Shown here piece after piece: positions 1 to 8,181 of a stretch of 64,000 bases of DNA. The notes beneath the pieces were generated by a model, which was not told where the DNA came from, searched no databases, and saw only the letters and a list, made by a program, of their open reading frames with translations. The stretch comes from Candidatus Aenigmatarchaeota archaeon (GTDB lineage: Archaea > Aenigmatarchaeota > Aenigmatarchaeia > PWEA01 > JACQIF01). The stretch's first letter is position 1. Every line of letters begins with the position of its first letter. The stretch lies in assembly GCA_016432325.1 (NCBI GenBank), contig CP066684.1, positions 714,112 to 778,111 of the forward strand. The letters are read 5' to 3'. The position numbers and the translations under genes were made by a program.

Positions 1-431
1 ATCTCGGTGCCAATGCCTTTGCATTTTTCGCAGCAGCCCAACGGGCTGTTGAAAGAGAAATGGCCAGCACTTAAATTTCTGGAACCTGCCCGTGAGAACA
101 GTAGCCTTAGATATGTGTAGATTTCTGTAACTGTGCCTACAGTAGAGCGGGGACTTTCTCTCAACTGTCTCTGTTCTATCATAATTGTTGGCGAGAGTCC
201 TTTAATGTCGTCTACGTCTGGTCGTTCGGTTCTTTGAAGGAGGCGAGCCGCGTATGTATCTAACGATTCCAAGAACTGCCGTTGCCCCTCGGAAAATATG
301 ATATCAAAAACAACAGTCGACTTGCCCGACCCAGAAACCCCAACGAGAGACGTTATCTTGTTACGGGGTATCTCAACGTCTATGTTCTTCAGGTTGTGTT
401 CCCGCGCTCCGAGAATTTCAATATGGTCCAT
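1..431 (-). CDS. UvrA-like ABC ATPase (excinuclease ABC subunit A family), N-terminal part; the CDS runs off the left edge
   Basis: Absent from the ORF track because it is open-ended. Reverse translation from the ATG at 431..429 gives [57 protein letters not shown]...[12 protein letters not shown]...[15 protein letters not shown]...[17 protein letters not shown]. It has a Walker A motif (GVSGSGKS) and the UvrA N-terminal signature. Confidence 0.8.
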   Translation of the reverse strand, partial: MDHIEILGAREHNLKNIDVEIPRNKITSLVGVSGSGKSTVVFDIIFSEGQRQFLESLDTYAARLLQRTERPDVDDIKGLSPTIMIEQRQLRESPRSTVGTVTEIYTYLRLLFSRAGSRNLSAGHFSFNSPLGCCEKCKGIGTE

Positions 432-487
432 CGTCTCGCTTTCCTATTCTGCGATATGTTTTTAAAGGTTCCTGCCTAACTCACGGC

Positions 488-880
488 ATGTCCAAGCAAG
501 AAAAAAAGGCCGCAACTGTCGGCGAGGCGTTGACGAATTGGCACGAAGATTTCACGCATAATTTCAACCCCGAAGACGTTCCGGCTGGCGCAGAGGACCT
601 GGAAAACGCCGTTCTGTACATCGTGACTCACGCGGAGTCAGAGGCGCTGAAAGACAATGCGAGTATCCTGGGCGCTCTTGAGTCCGAGGTACGGTTCTTC
701 ATCATGAATATGGATAACGTGGACCACAAATACGCTCCTGTGGCGAACAGGAACGTCGAACTGCTCGGCCGGTTTTACGGCAGGCTCGTGGAAGAGCTGG
801 AGAAAGAGCCGGCGATACGCGACGGCAGACTCGAAGACGTCAACCATTCCATTCGGATCGGACGAAGATGGCGCGGTTAA
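488..880 (+). CDS. hypothetical protein (130 aa)
   Basis: Track ORF, divergent from the UvrA-like gene across an AT-rich 56-nt spacer. I recognise no motif. Confidence 0.45.
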   Translation: MSKQEKKAATVGEALTNWHEDFTHNFNPEDVPAGAEDLENAVLYIVTHAESEALKDNASILGALESEVRFFIMNMDNVDHKYAPVANRNVELLGRFYGRLVEELEKEPAIRDGRLEDVNHSIRIGRRWRG

Positions 881-904
881 ATAACTTATCGTGCAAATCG
901 CACC

Positions 905-1159
905 ATGGCCGCGAGAATAGACAAGCGCGTGATAGGAGGAACGCTCAGCGGAGTAGCAGGCGCGTTCGTCGGAGATTCAGCGGCGCACGCGTTCGATAGG
1001 CTCCTGATGCCTGACGCGCCGACGCACTCGCTGCTCGATACGATGCTCCGCAACATTCCGTACGAGCCCACGATTGGACAGTACGTTACGACTCTTGGCA
1101 CGATGCTCATCTGCGTCAAGGTTGGAATGGACTATTTCGGCAGACCTATCAGACAGTGA
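905..1159 (+). CDS. hypothetical small protein (84 aa), Gly/Ala-rich N-terminus and hydrophobic C-terminal part
   Basis: Track ORF directly following 488..880. Its 3' end overlaps the convergent DHH gene by 11 nt. No recognisable motif. Confidence 0.3.
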   Translation: MAARIDKRVIGGTLSGVAGAFVGDSAAHAFDRLLMPDAPTHSLLDTMLRNIPYEPTIGQYVTTLGTMLICVKVGMDYFGRPIRQ

Positions 1160-2252
1160 GCCCCTCGAACTTCCTTCTGACGCGCTCAAGAAACTCCTCC
1201 TTGTGTTCTATCGGAACCGATCCTGCCGCGGCCTTGTCGTGACCGCCGCCTTCTCCGAGCCCGCGCGTCAGCTCCTTCACGAGCGCCGCCACGTCCACGC
1301 GGCCGGACTGGCAGCGGAAGGACATCTCGACGTTGTGCGCCGTCGCCCGCCAAACCATCACGACGCTGTCCGAATGCGCTTCTGCCACGCGTGTGGCAAG
1401 CACGCCGACTATCTTGTATTTGCTCGCGATGTGGTACATGAGCGCGCCGGCCTTTTCGAAGCGCACTGCATTGTGCTCGAAGTCGTCCATCGTCGCCTCA
1501 AGCTCGGTCTGATACGCGTTGTAGTGCTTCATGAGCGCGCTCGACGTGATGTCCTCCGGGCTTTCCGCGTTAGAAACCACGTCAAACGCCAGCGTGGCGC
1601 CCTTGTGGCCCTCGACGCCGTAAGCCGCCGAGATTATGTTTGAGATGAGGCCGAGCCCGCTGTTCCACATCTCGCGCTGGTCGTACAACTCCTTCAGTAC
1701 CAGTTCCGGATGCTTCTTCGCCACGAGGTCGATGAGGTCCTTGCAGTCCTTCAGGCCGTAGTCGCTCAGCACGCCGACGCCCGCCAGCCAGCAGTATTTG
1801 GTGGAGAACGGTTGCGTAAGCACGTAGGCGAGATAGGACGTGGGCCTGTACAGCTTCGCGTCTTCGAAGCGCGGATTGATGTGGACGACCGTGCGCGACG
1901 ACAGGTCCTTCCTCGGTATGTGGTGGTCGAGAACGAGCATCTTCACGCCCCTCAGGGACGGCTCCATCGGAGACTGGTCTATCGGAAGGTCGCAGGTTAT
2001 CACGCGCTCCTGTTCCTTCATCTGGTCGAGAAGCACGTCAGAAACGTTGATGCCCACCTCGTCCTTGCATTTCGCGAGAACCGGTTCGATGCCTTTGGTT
2101 CGAAGATACTTCACAACAAGCGCCGCAGAACAGATGCCGTCGGAATCCCTGTCGAAAACGATACCATAAGAACGAGTCTCTTCGAGGAACGCTCGCGCCT
2201 TGTCCAGATTGAAGGGCATCCCGGAAGGACCGGCGCTTCGTTTGACGACCAC
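1149..2252 (-). CDS. DHH/DHHA1 family phosphoesterase (RecJ/NrnA-like)
   Basis: Motifs FDRDSDGICSAAL (DxD), LVLDHHIP (DHH) and GEGGGHDKAAAG (DHHA1 GGGH). The start abuts the ileS stop (2253), which indicates an operon. Confidence 0.8.
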   Translation of the reverse strand: MVVKRSAGPSGMPFNLDKARAFLEETRSYGIVFDRDSDGICSAALVVKYLRTKGIEPVLAKCKDEVGINVSDVLLDQMKEQERVITCDLPIDQSPMEPSLRGVKMLVLDHHIPRKDLSSRTVVHINPRFEDAKLYRPTSYLAYVLTQPFSTKYCWLAGVGVLSDYGLKDCKDLIDLVAKKHPELVLKELYDQREMWNSGLGLISNIISAAYGVEGHKGATLAFDVVSNAESPEDITSSALMKHYNAYQTELEATMDDFEHNAVRFEKAGALMYHIASKYKIVGVLATRVAEAHSDSVVMVWRATAHNVEMSFRCQSGRVDVAALVKELTRGLGEGGGHDKAAAGSVPIEHKEEFLERVRRKFEGLTV

Positions 2253-5200
2253 TTATTTCACCACTTCAAATTCGGCGGTCAAATCTTTAAATGCGCATGC
2301 ACGCGCCTCTCTCAAGGACGCGTTGTACACGATGCGCGAAGAACCGGTGCGCTTCTTCAGTTCGCCTTCCCATCTTCGAAGGGCTCCCATAGCGTTCGAG
2401 TCTGCGTTTACGTTCAGCGCCACGCGTTCGCTGACTTTAAGGCCCAGTTCTTTGCGCCTCTGTTGCACGGCGCGCGAGAGCTCGCGCACGAACGCTTCTT
2501 CCTCGAGTTCGCGCGAGCTGGTCAAGTCCAGTTCCACCGTTCCCCATCCGAGAGCGCTCGAGAAGGCGCGCCCGCGTTCGGCAACGGCCCGCAGTACGAT
2601 CTCGTCTTTTGTCAACGTGTACGAACCGGCTTTCGCCTTTCCTTCTTTCTTCAAGGCGGCCGCGATCTTCGTTGCGTCCGCTTCTGCGAGCGCCTTCGCT
2701 ATCTTCGGCACGTCCTTGCCGTACTTTGGTCCTGCCGTAGCGTAGTTGAGCTTGACTTCGAAGCCGACATCCGCCAGTACGGTCTCGACGTCCTTGACGT
2801 TGACGAGAGCGCGTATCGTGTCATCCATATCCTTTGCGGCTTTGAGCAGTTCCTTCGAACCCGCAACGACGACCTTCTTCAGCGGGTATCGGAGGCCGAT
2901 TCCGGATTCGTCGCGCAGCGCGAGGCACGCCTCGACGAGCGAGCGCACTCCGTCCATGCTGCGTTCGAGAGCCGTGTTTGTGCGCGCGGTCGTTGGCCAA
3001 TCCTGGAAATGGACACTTTCATTGTCGCCGCTCAGGCCACCGTAAATCCCGTCCGACATGAATGGAGCAAGAGGCGCGAGAATCTTGCTAAGCGTAACGA
3101 GCGCTTCGCCAAGCGTCGCATATACGGCGTTCCTCGAGGCCATTGTGGCGTTCTGGCCCACGCGCTCGCGCACGAGCTTGATGTACCACCTGCTCAAATC
3201 GTTCATAACAAAGTCCTGAACAAGGGCCGGATTGTTCTGGAACTCGTACGCCTCGAAGTTCTTCTCGCACTCCTTGGCGAGCGTGTTGATGCGCGACAAG
3301 AGCCAGCGGTCTTCGACGCGCCGAACGGCCTTGCCCTTTCCCGTATAGCCGTCCGCGTTCGCGTACGTCGTGAAGAACTTGTAGGAGTTCCACAGCGTGT
3401 CCATAGTCTTCTTCATTGCCGCGAGACCGTCTTCCGAATACTTCACAGACTCGTCCGGACTCAGCGAGGCCATGTACAGCCGCGTCGCATCCCGGCCGTA
3501 CTTCTCCACGAGAGTGTTGGGATGTATGACATTTCCGACACTCTTCGACATCTTTATGCCCGACGCATCGAGCATCCATGAGTTAATCAGAACGTTCTTG
3601 AACGGCGCCTTATCGAATACGAGTACGCTCGCGTTCGTTTGTGCATTCCACCAGCCGCGTATCTGGTCCCTCCCCTCTATGTTCAAATCGGCGGGCCAGT
3701 ACTTCTTCAGCTTCTTGTCTGTCGTCGGATAGTCGAGCGCCGACCAGCTCGCGACAGAAGATTCCAGCCAGACGTCCATTATGTCGGGTATGCGCGTCGC
3801 TTCAGCACCGCATTCGCATTTCACGCGAACGGCGTCAATGTAGGGGATGTGCGGGTCGAAATCGTCTGGCACGCTCGCCGTCGCCAGTTTCTGAAGCTCC
3901 TCGAGCGATCCTATGATGGTGGCGCGCCCGCACGCCTTGCAGTCCCATATGGGGAGCGGGACCCCCCAGTATCTCTGGCGAGTGATCGGCCAGTCTGTCA
4001 GGCTCGTGCGGAACCACTCGTCGGTCTTGCGCTTCGCGTGGTCAGGAATCCAGTTGACTTTGCCGTTCTCCTTGACGAGCGCGTCCCTGTATTCCGTTGA
4101 GCGGATGAACCAGTTGTCCATCGCGAGCTGCAGCAGCGGCGTCGAGCATCTCCAGCAGTGCGGATATTCGTGCTCTATCTGTTCCGTGTGGAAGAGCTTT
4201 CCGTTGGCGCGCAGCCAAGCCGTTATCTCCTCGTTCGCTTCCGTGACGTTGCGGCCCGCGAGGTTCGGACCTGCCTCTTTCTTGTATCTGCCGTCCAGCC
4301 CGATTGGATTTATCAATGGCAGTCCTTGCCCCGTGCCTTCGAAGAAGTCTTCGCGGCCGTGTCCGGGAGCAGTGTGGACGAGGCCCGTGCCTGCGTCGAG
4401 CGTCACGTACTGCCTGGAAAGTATGACGCGATAGCCGCCTTCGCGTTCGCTTGCGAGCGGCGTGAAGCCCTTAAGCAGAGGCTCGTACTCTATTCCCTCG
4501 AGTTTCTTACCCGTTTTCTCTTCAAGAACCGTGTAGTGCTTGCCCAATCGTTTCATCAACGGCGCGAGCAGCTCTTTCGCAGCCCAAACCTTCTTCCCGT
4601 CGACTTCGACCTTCGCATAGACGTAATCCGGATGGACCATTATTCCGGTGTTGGATGGCAGAGTCCATGGCGTCGTGGTCCACGCCATCAGATGCTCGTC
4701 GTTACGCGTCTTGAACGTAACGAACACAGACGAGTCCTTTCTCGTCTTGTGAACGGCCTCTGCGTTTGAGAGAGTCGTCTGGCATCTAGGGCAGACGCTG
4801 ACCGGATATTTCCCTTTGGAAAGCAAGCCGCGTTCCTGCGCGCGCTTCACCACAAACCACGCGCCGAACATGTATTCAGGCGCCATCGTGCGGTACGGGT
4901 TGTCCCAGTCGAAGACGAGACAACCGAGGTTCTTGAACTCCTCTGTCATTATCTGCATGTTGCCCGTTGAGAAACGCTTGCACTCCTCGATGAAGCGCTC
5001 GATGCCGAACTCGGCGAGCCGCGTCTTGTCGATGCTGTGCGCCTTCTCGACCTTGTTTTCTATGGGCAGGCCGTGCATGTCCCATCCCGGCCGGTTCTCC
5101 ACGTCGAATCCGCGCATGAACTTGTATCTTGACGCGATGTCTTTCCAGATGCCGTTGAGTGCGGTTCCCAGGTGCAAGTGGCCCGTAGGATAAGGCGGCC

Positions 5201-5333
5201 CGAAGCACAGGTAAAATCCCTTGCCCTTTGAGCGCGAGGCGCGCAGCTTCTTGTACAGCGAACCGTCCCACCACCCCTTGGCGTAGCGCTCCTCGTCCTT
5301 GTTCGTGAACGTATCCGGCGCAGGCTTGAACAT
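2253..5333 (-). CDS. ileS: isoleucyl-tRNA synthetase
   Basis: 1026 aa. HIGH-type motif PPYPTGHLHLGTALN, KMSKS motif (GIKMSKSVGN), and the editing-domain signature TTTPWTLPSN. Confidence 0.97.
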   Translation of the reverse strand: MFKPAPDTFTNKDEERYAKGWWDGSLYKKLRASRSKGKGFYLCFGPPYPTGHLHLGTALNGIWKDIASRYKFMRGFDVENRPGWDMHGLPIENKVEKAHSIDKTRLAEFGIERFIEECKRFSTGNMQIMTEEFKNLGCLVFDWDNPYRTMAPEYMFGAWFVVKRAQERGLLSKGKYPVSVCPRCQTTLSNAEAVHKTRKDSSVFVTFKTRNDEHLMAWTTTPWTLPSNTGIMVHPDYVYAKVEVDGKKVWAAKELLAPLMKRLGKHYTVLEEKTGKKLEGIEYEPLLKGFTPLASEREGGYRVILSRQYVTLDAGTGLVHTAPGHGREDFFEGTGQGLPLINPIGLDGRYKKEAGPNLAGRNVTEANEEITAWLRANGKLFHTEQIEHEYPHCWRCSTPLLQLAMDNWFIRSTEYRDALVKENGKVNWIPDHAKRKTDEWFRTSLTDWPITRQRYWGVPLPIWDCKACGRATIIGSLEELQKLATASVPDDFDPHIPYIDAVRVKCECGAEATRIPDIMDVWLESSVASWSALDYPTTDKKLKKYWPADLNIEGRDQIRGWWNAQTNASVLVFDKAPFKNVLINSWMLDASGIKMSKSVGNVIHPNTLVEKYGRDATRLYMASLSPDESVKYSEDGLAAMKKTMDTLWNSYKFFTTYANADGYTGKGKAVRRVEDRWLLSRINTLAKECEKNFEAYEFQNNPALVQDFVMNDLSRWYIKLVRERVGQNATMASRNAVYATLGEALVTLSKILAPLAPFMSDGIYGGLSGDNESVHFQDWPTTARTNTALERSMDGVRSLVEACLALRDESGIGLRYPLKKVVVAGSKELLKAAKDMDDTIRALVNVKDVETVLADVGFEVKLNYATAGPKYGKDVPKIAKALAEADATKIAAALKKEGKAKAGSYTLTKDEIVLRAVAERGRAFSSALGWGTVELDLTSSRELEEEAFVRELSRAVQQRRKELGLKVSERVALNVNADSNAMGALRRWEGELKKRTGSSRIVYNASLREARACAFKDLTAEFEVVK

Positions 5334-5373
5334 AACGCCAATGTTGTCGCGAAGCGCATTTAAATTAGAACGT

Positions 5374-6399
5374 TCAGGCCGCCTTCATGGCATAGAGCAC
5401 GTCTGGCGTCAGCGCGCGGTTGTAGATGCGCACGTTGTCTGCGAAGCCATCATAAGTGCCGCCTCCCTGATTCTTGCCGATGCGAAGCACGTTGGTAGAG
5501 GTGTCTATATTGCCGCTGCACGATTTGGAACCGACGGGATTGCCGTCAAGATACATTCTCGCCGTCGTCCCATCGTACGAATAGAGGACATGATGCCATC
5601 CTGTCGAAGCGAGCGCCGCTGTTGCGGTGAGCTCACAGGCCGTGGGAGCACCTCCTATGGAGACGTAACCGTAGGCCGACGCCGCGCGCAGCCGGATTCC
5701 GTAGACGTTCCACTTCTCGACAAAGCCGTCGCCGCCTGCCAGAACCTTGGCGCGCCCTTCGATCGTGATTGCGCTTGTCGGACTCAGGCTTGACGAGTGC
5801 GGGAGCTCCGCATAGTCCCCTGCGACTTCGCCGATCTTCAGGGAATATTCGGACGCGGGCAACGGCGTGTCGCTGTTCCACAACGACGAGCCTGTCAGCG
5901 TGCCTGTGGCGCCGCTGACGGAATCCTTCGTACTCGCCCCGCTGCCTTCCTCGAACAACCACTCCCCGACGAGACTCTCGCGCACGTGTTCTATTTCCAC
6001 AACAACGCTGTCAGAGAACGCGCCACCTGCTATTTCCAGCAGACGGTCCCCCTTCTCGAATTTCCACAAGCCTTGGACGTTCAGGTTGCCGCTGGAACCC
6101 GGGGCTATCGGAGACGCCAGCGTGTAGTTGAGTATTGTGCCGTCGACAAGAACTGTGAGAGAGCCCTGCGCTATGTCGTTTTGGCCCGTGTTGCGGAGGA
6201 CGACGTTCTGGTCCTGGACGCCGTCTATCCTGAAAAGAGTAGTCGCCGTCTCCACGAGTTCCTGCGAACTCTTCTGCCCGGCCTCGGTTTGACTCGACGA
6301 AAGACGACCTGTGAAGACAGTGTACGCGCCGGCGAGGGAGAGGACTATGAGCACGAGGATTATCGATGCGATTACAGGACTGATGCCCTTGTCTTTCAT
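5374..6399 (-). CDS. archaeal type IV pilin-like (class III signal peptide) protein with a LamG/concanavalin-like domain
   Basis: The N-terminus MKDKGISPVIASIILVLIVLSLAG matches the prepilin-peptidase site (KG|ISPVIA) followed by a hydrophobic helix. The C-terminal FADNVRIYNRALTPDVL is typical of LamG-type jelly-roll domains. Confidence 0.7.
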   Translation of the reverse strand: MKDKGISPVIASIILVLIVLSLAGAYTVFTGRLSSSQTEAGQKSSQELVETATTLFRIDGVQDQNVVLRNTGQNDIAQGSLTVLVDGTILNYTLASPIAPGSSGNLNVQGLWKFEKGDRLLEIAGGAFSDSVVVEIEHVRESLVGEWLFEEGSGASTKDSVSGATGTLTGSSLWNSDTPLPASEYSLKIGEVAGDYAELPHSSSLSPTSAITIEGRAKVLAGGDGFVEKWNVYGIRLRAASAYGYVSIGGAPTACELTATAALASTGWHHVLYSYDGTTARMYLDGNPVGSKSCSGNIDTSTNVLRIGKNQGGGTYDGFADNVRIYNRALTPDVLYAMKAA

Positions 6400-6400
6400 C

Positions 6401-7348
6401 TTACTTCCCGCCTAACTCTCTGGCCAGCTCCTTTATGAACCTTTCAAAGTTCTTCGCAGGCACCTGCGCGCCGCACGCGGCCGCGTGTCCTCCGGCAGAG
6501 CCGCCAAGAGGCTTCGCCACCTTGCGCGCCACGCGGGCCAAATCGTGAGCGAACCCCTTGTTCGCACGCAGGGACATGTCGACGTGTCCACCTTCGAGTA
6601 TTCCTATTACGCCTACCTTGGCGTCTGCTATTCCCATAATCAGGTGCGCGCCTTTGGCCAGCGAACCCATCTCGATTATCGCGTATGCGACCTTTCCGAC
6701 AACAGTGTGGTTCTGGACCAGACGCTCGTAGAGCAGCTTGTCGTGCCTGGCCTCTTTCAGAGCGAGTTCCACAACGTCTTTCATTTCAGACGGCTCGACG
6801 CCTTTAACGAGTTCACGAACGATTCTCCGTTTCAGGTCGTACAGATGCCTCGCCTCTCCCATCGCCTCGAGAAGGATGCCCGCCTGGAAATAGATTATCC
6901 TCTTATCCCACTTCTCGAGCTCTTTCGTTATCCAGTTCGTGTCGTCCGCGTAGTCGCCTATCGCCCCGTAGAGCGCTATTCTTGAGAACTCCCTTGGAAG
7001 CTTTTCGTGCAGATACATGTACGCGAGCTCTGCCGTAGAGCGGTTGGTGTCGTGAACGTACTCGTCCGGAACGTCGCGATCGCGCGTTCCGTTGGGCAGC
7101 GGGTGGTGGTCTATGTAGAGAAGTTCGTATTTCGATGAGATGCGTTTCAGCTCCGCGAGAATCAGAGGCGCGTCCTCGTCGTGCAGCGCGATGTCCAGAA
7201 TCACGGTGTGCTCCTTGGTCGCCTTCAGGTCCGACAGGAGTTGCGTAGGCCGGCTGAAGTGTACGCTCTCCGCATCGACGCCGAAGGCTTTGGCTACGAG
7301 AACGGCAGACGTAAGACCGTCTGTGTCGCCGTGCGCGAAGATCTTCAG
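6401..7348 (-). CDS. DHH/DHHA1 family phosphoesterase, apparent non-canonical CTG start
   Basis: The track ORF starts at a GTG (7204). The same frame stays open upstream and encodes (L/M)KIFAHGDTDGLTSAVLVAKAFG, the DHH motif I. YIDHHPLP (DHH) and GGSAGGHAAACG (DHHA1) lie downstream. There is no in-frame ATG, GTG or TTG upstream of 7204, and CTG at 7348..7346 fits the family N-terminus. Confidence 0.65.
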   Translation of the reverse strand: MKIFAHGDTDGLTSAVLVAKAFGVDAESVHFSRPTQLLSDLKATKEHTVILDIALHDEDAPLILAELKRISSKYELLYIDHHPLPNGTRDRDVPDEYVHDTNRSTAELAYMYLHEKLPREFSRIALYGAIGDYADDTNWITKELEKWDKRIIYFQAGILLEAMGEARHLYDLKRRIVRELVKGVEPSEMKDVVELALKEARHDKLLYERLVQNHTVVGKVAYAIIEMGSLAKGAHLIMGIADAKVGVIGILEGGHVDMSLRANKGFAHDLARVARKVAKPLGGSAGGHAAACGAQVPAKNFERFIKELARELGGK

Positions 7349-7516
7349 AACACATCGCCCCCAATCCGTTCTGAAGTATTCGAACGAGGTTCGAAGATTT
7401 TCACGCGCCCGCCTCCGCGCGGCGTGAAAACTTGAGACCGCGTTTCAAGATTTTCAGGACCTATCCCCTCCATCCGGTCCCGAAGTATTTGAATGAGGTT
7501 CGAAGATTTTCATACT
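7329..7516. repeat. tandem ~78-nt direct repeat (7329..7406 and 7438..7516, about 75% identical) covering the 5' end and upstream region of the DHH gene
   Basis: Alignment by eye: ccgtgcgcgaagatcttcagaacacatcgcccccaatccgttctgaagtattcgaacgaggttcgaagattttcacgc versus ccgcgtttcaagattttcaggacctatcccctccatccggtcccgaagtatttgaatgaggttcgaagattttcatac. The two copies are separated by a GC-rich hairpin (ttttcacgc...gcgtgaaaa). Confidence 0.7.
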
Positions 7517-7546
7517 CCAGATAGTGCGGACCGATAAATAAAGAAG

Positions 7547-7752
7547 TGGTAGCCCCGGTAGGATATTCATGAAACGCGCGGCGTTTCATACTTTCGGCTT
7601 CTTCGAATCCGAAAGTCTTCGAACCTACGTCAACGGTTAGCTTCGTCTGCTCACAGTTCTTTCGAACTCGCATCTTTAGAGACAAACTCCAAAGACCGCT
7701 ATCCTTTTGTGGAACCGCTGGAATTCCGGTTTGGCCACTAGACGACGGGGCT
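7547..7752 (-). tRNA. tRNA-Gln(TTG), three introns (D-loop, 37/38, T-loop about 59/60), CCA encoded
   Basis: Hand fold. Approximate exons: 7752..7731, 7705..7689, 7638..7618, 7563..7550. Acceptor AGCCCCG/CGGGGCT plus A plus CCA. D stem GTCT/GGAT. Anticodon arm GCGGT-CTTTGGA-ACCGT. T arm GTAGG-TTCGAAT-CCTAC. Mature length is 74 nt. Introns are about 25, 50 and 54 nt. Confidence 0.8.
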
Positions 7753-7775
7753 CCGCGCAGACGTACGCGAGAACG

Positions 7776-7783
7776 CTTATTAA
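7776..7783 (-). promoter_or_regulatory. TATA-like box (TTAATAAG) for tRNA-Gln
   Basis: Centred 27.5 nt upstream of tRNA position 1. Confidence 0.5.
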
Positions 7784-7786
7784 CCT

Positions 7787-8086
7787 TTACTTCGCCTCTC
7801 CCCACTTGATAATGTAGTGGACGAAGGCGAAGACTATAATCAGCGTTATCGCAAACTGAACGAAGACATTGGCGAATGCACCTATCTTTATCGTCGCGTC
7901 GCCCACGTTCCAGGAGAACAGCCAAAGGCTCGACTTGTTCACGGTCGCGCCCAGAAGCGGCGAGAGCACCGCGTCGACAAAAGAGCGGACAAGGTCGTTG
8001 ACGGCCAGCGCTATCACAAAAGCGACAGCCGCGCCAACCACCTTGAATTCCTGCAGGAACTGCTTGAACTCGGAAAAGACGCCCAT
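7787..8086 (-). CDS. mscL: large-conductance mechanosensitive channel MscL-like
   Basis: 99 aa. The N-terminus FKQFLQEFKVVGAAVAFVIALAVNDLVRSFVDAVLSPLLG matches the MscL TM1 pattern, and a second TM helix is present. Confidence 0.75.
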   Translation of the reverse strand: MGVFSEFKQFLQEFKVVGAAVAFVIALAVNDLVRSFVDAVLSPLLGATVNKSSLWLFSWNVGDATIKIGAFANVFVQFAITLIIVFAFVHYIIKWGEAK

Positions 8087-8181
8087 AACACTGTAACGGG
8101 AAAGGCCTTTATTAACGTTGCGTTGAAATGTGAGTCCATGAAAACATCGAAACTCGGTTTCGAATCTTCCAGAGGAAACAG

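Noticed and set aside
1710-3581. 623-aa ORF on the + strand, together with the other long + strand ORFs between 1074 and 5793.
   Set aside because: They lie antisense to ileS and the DHH gene. The sequences are Arg/His/Val-rich and low in complexity, typical of the shadow frame of a GC-rich gene. No motifs are present.
7366-7513. Two GAGGTTCGAAGATTTTCA units that resemble a tRNA T-arm plus intron start. I considered them as split or additional tRNA genes.
   Set aside because: I could find no complementary T-stem 3' strand, acceptor stem or CCA on either strand. They are better explained as part of the 78-nt tandem repeat, possibly tRNA- or intron-derived debris.
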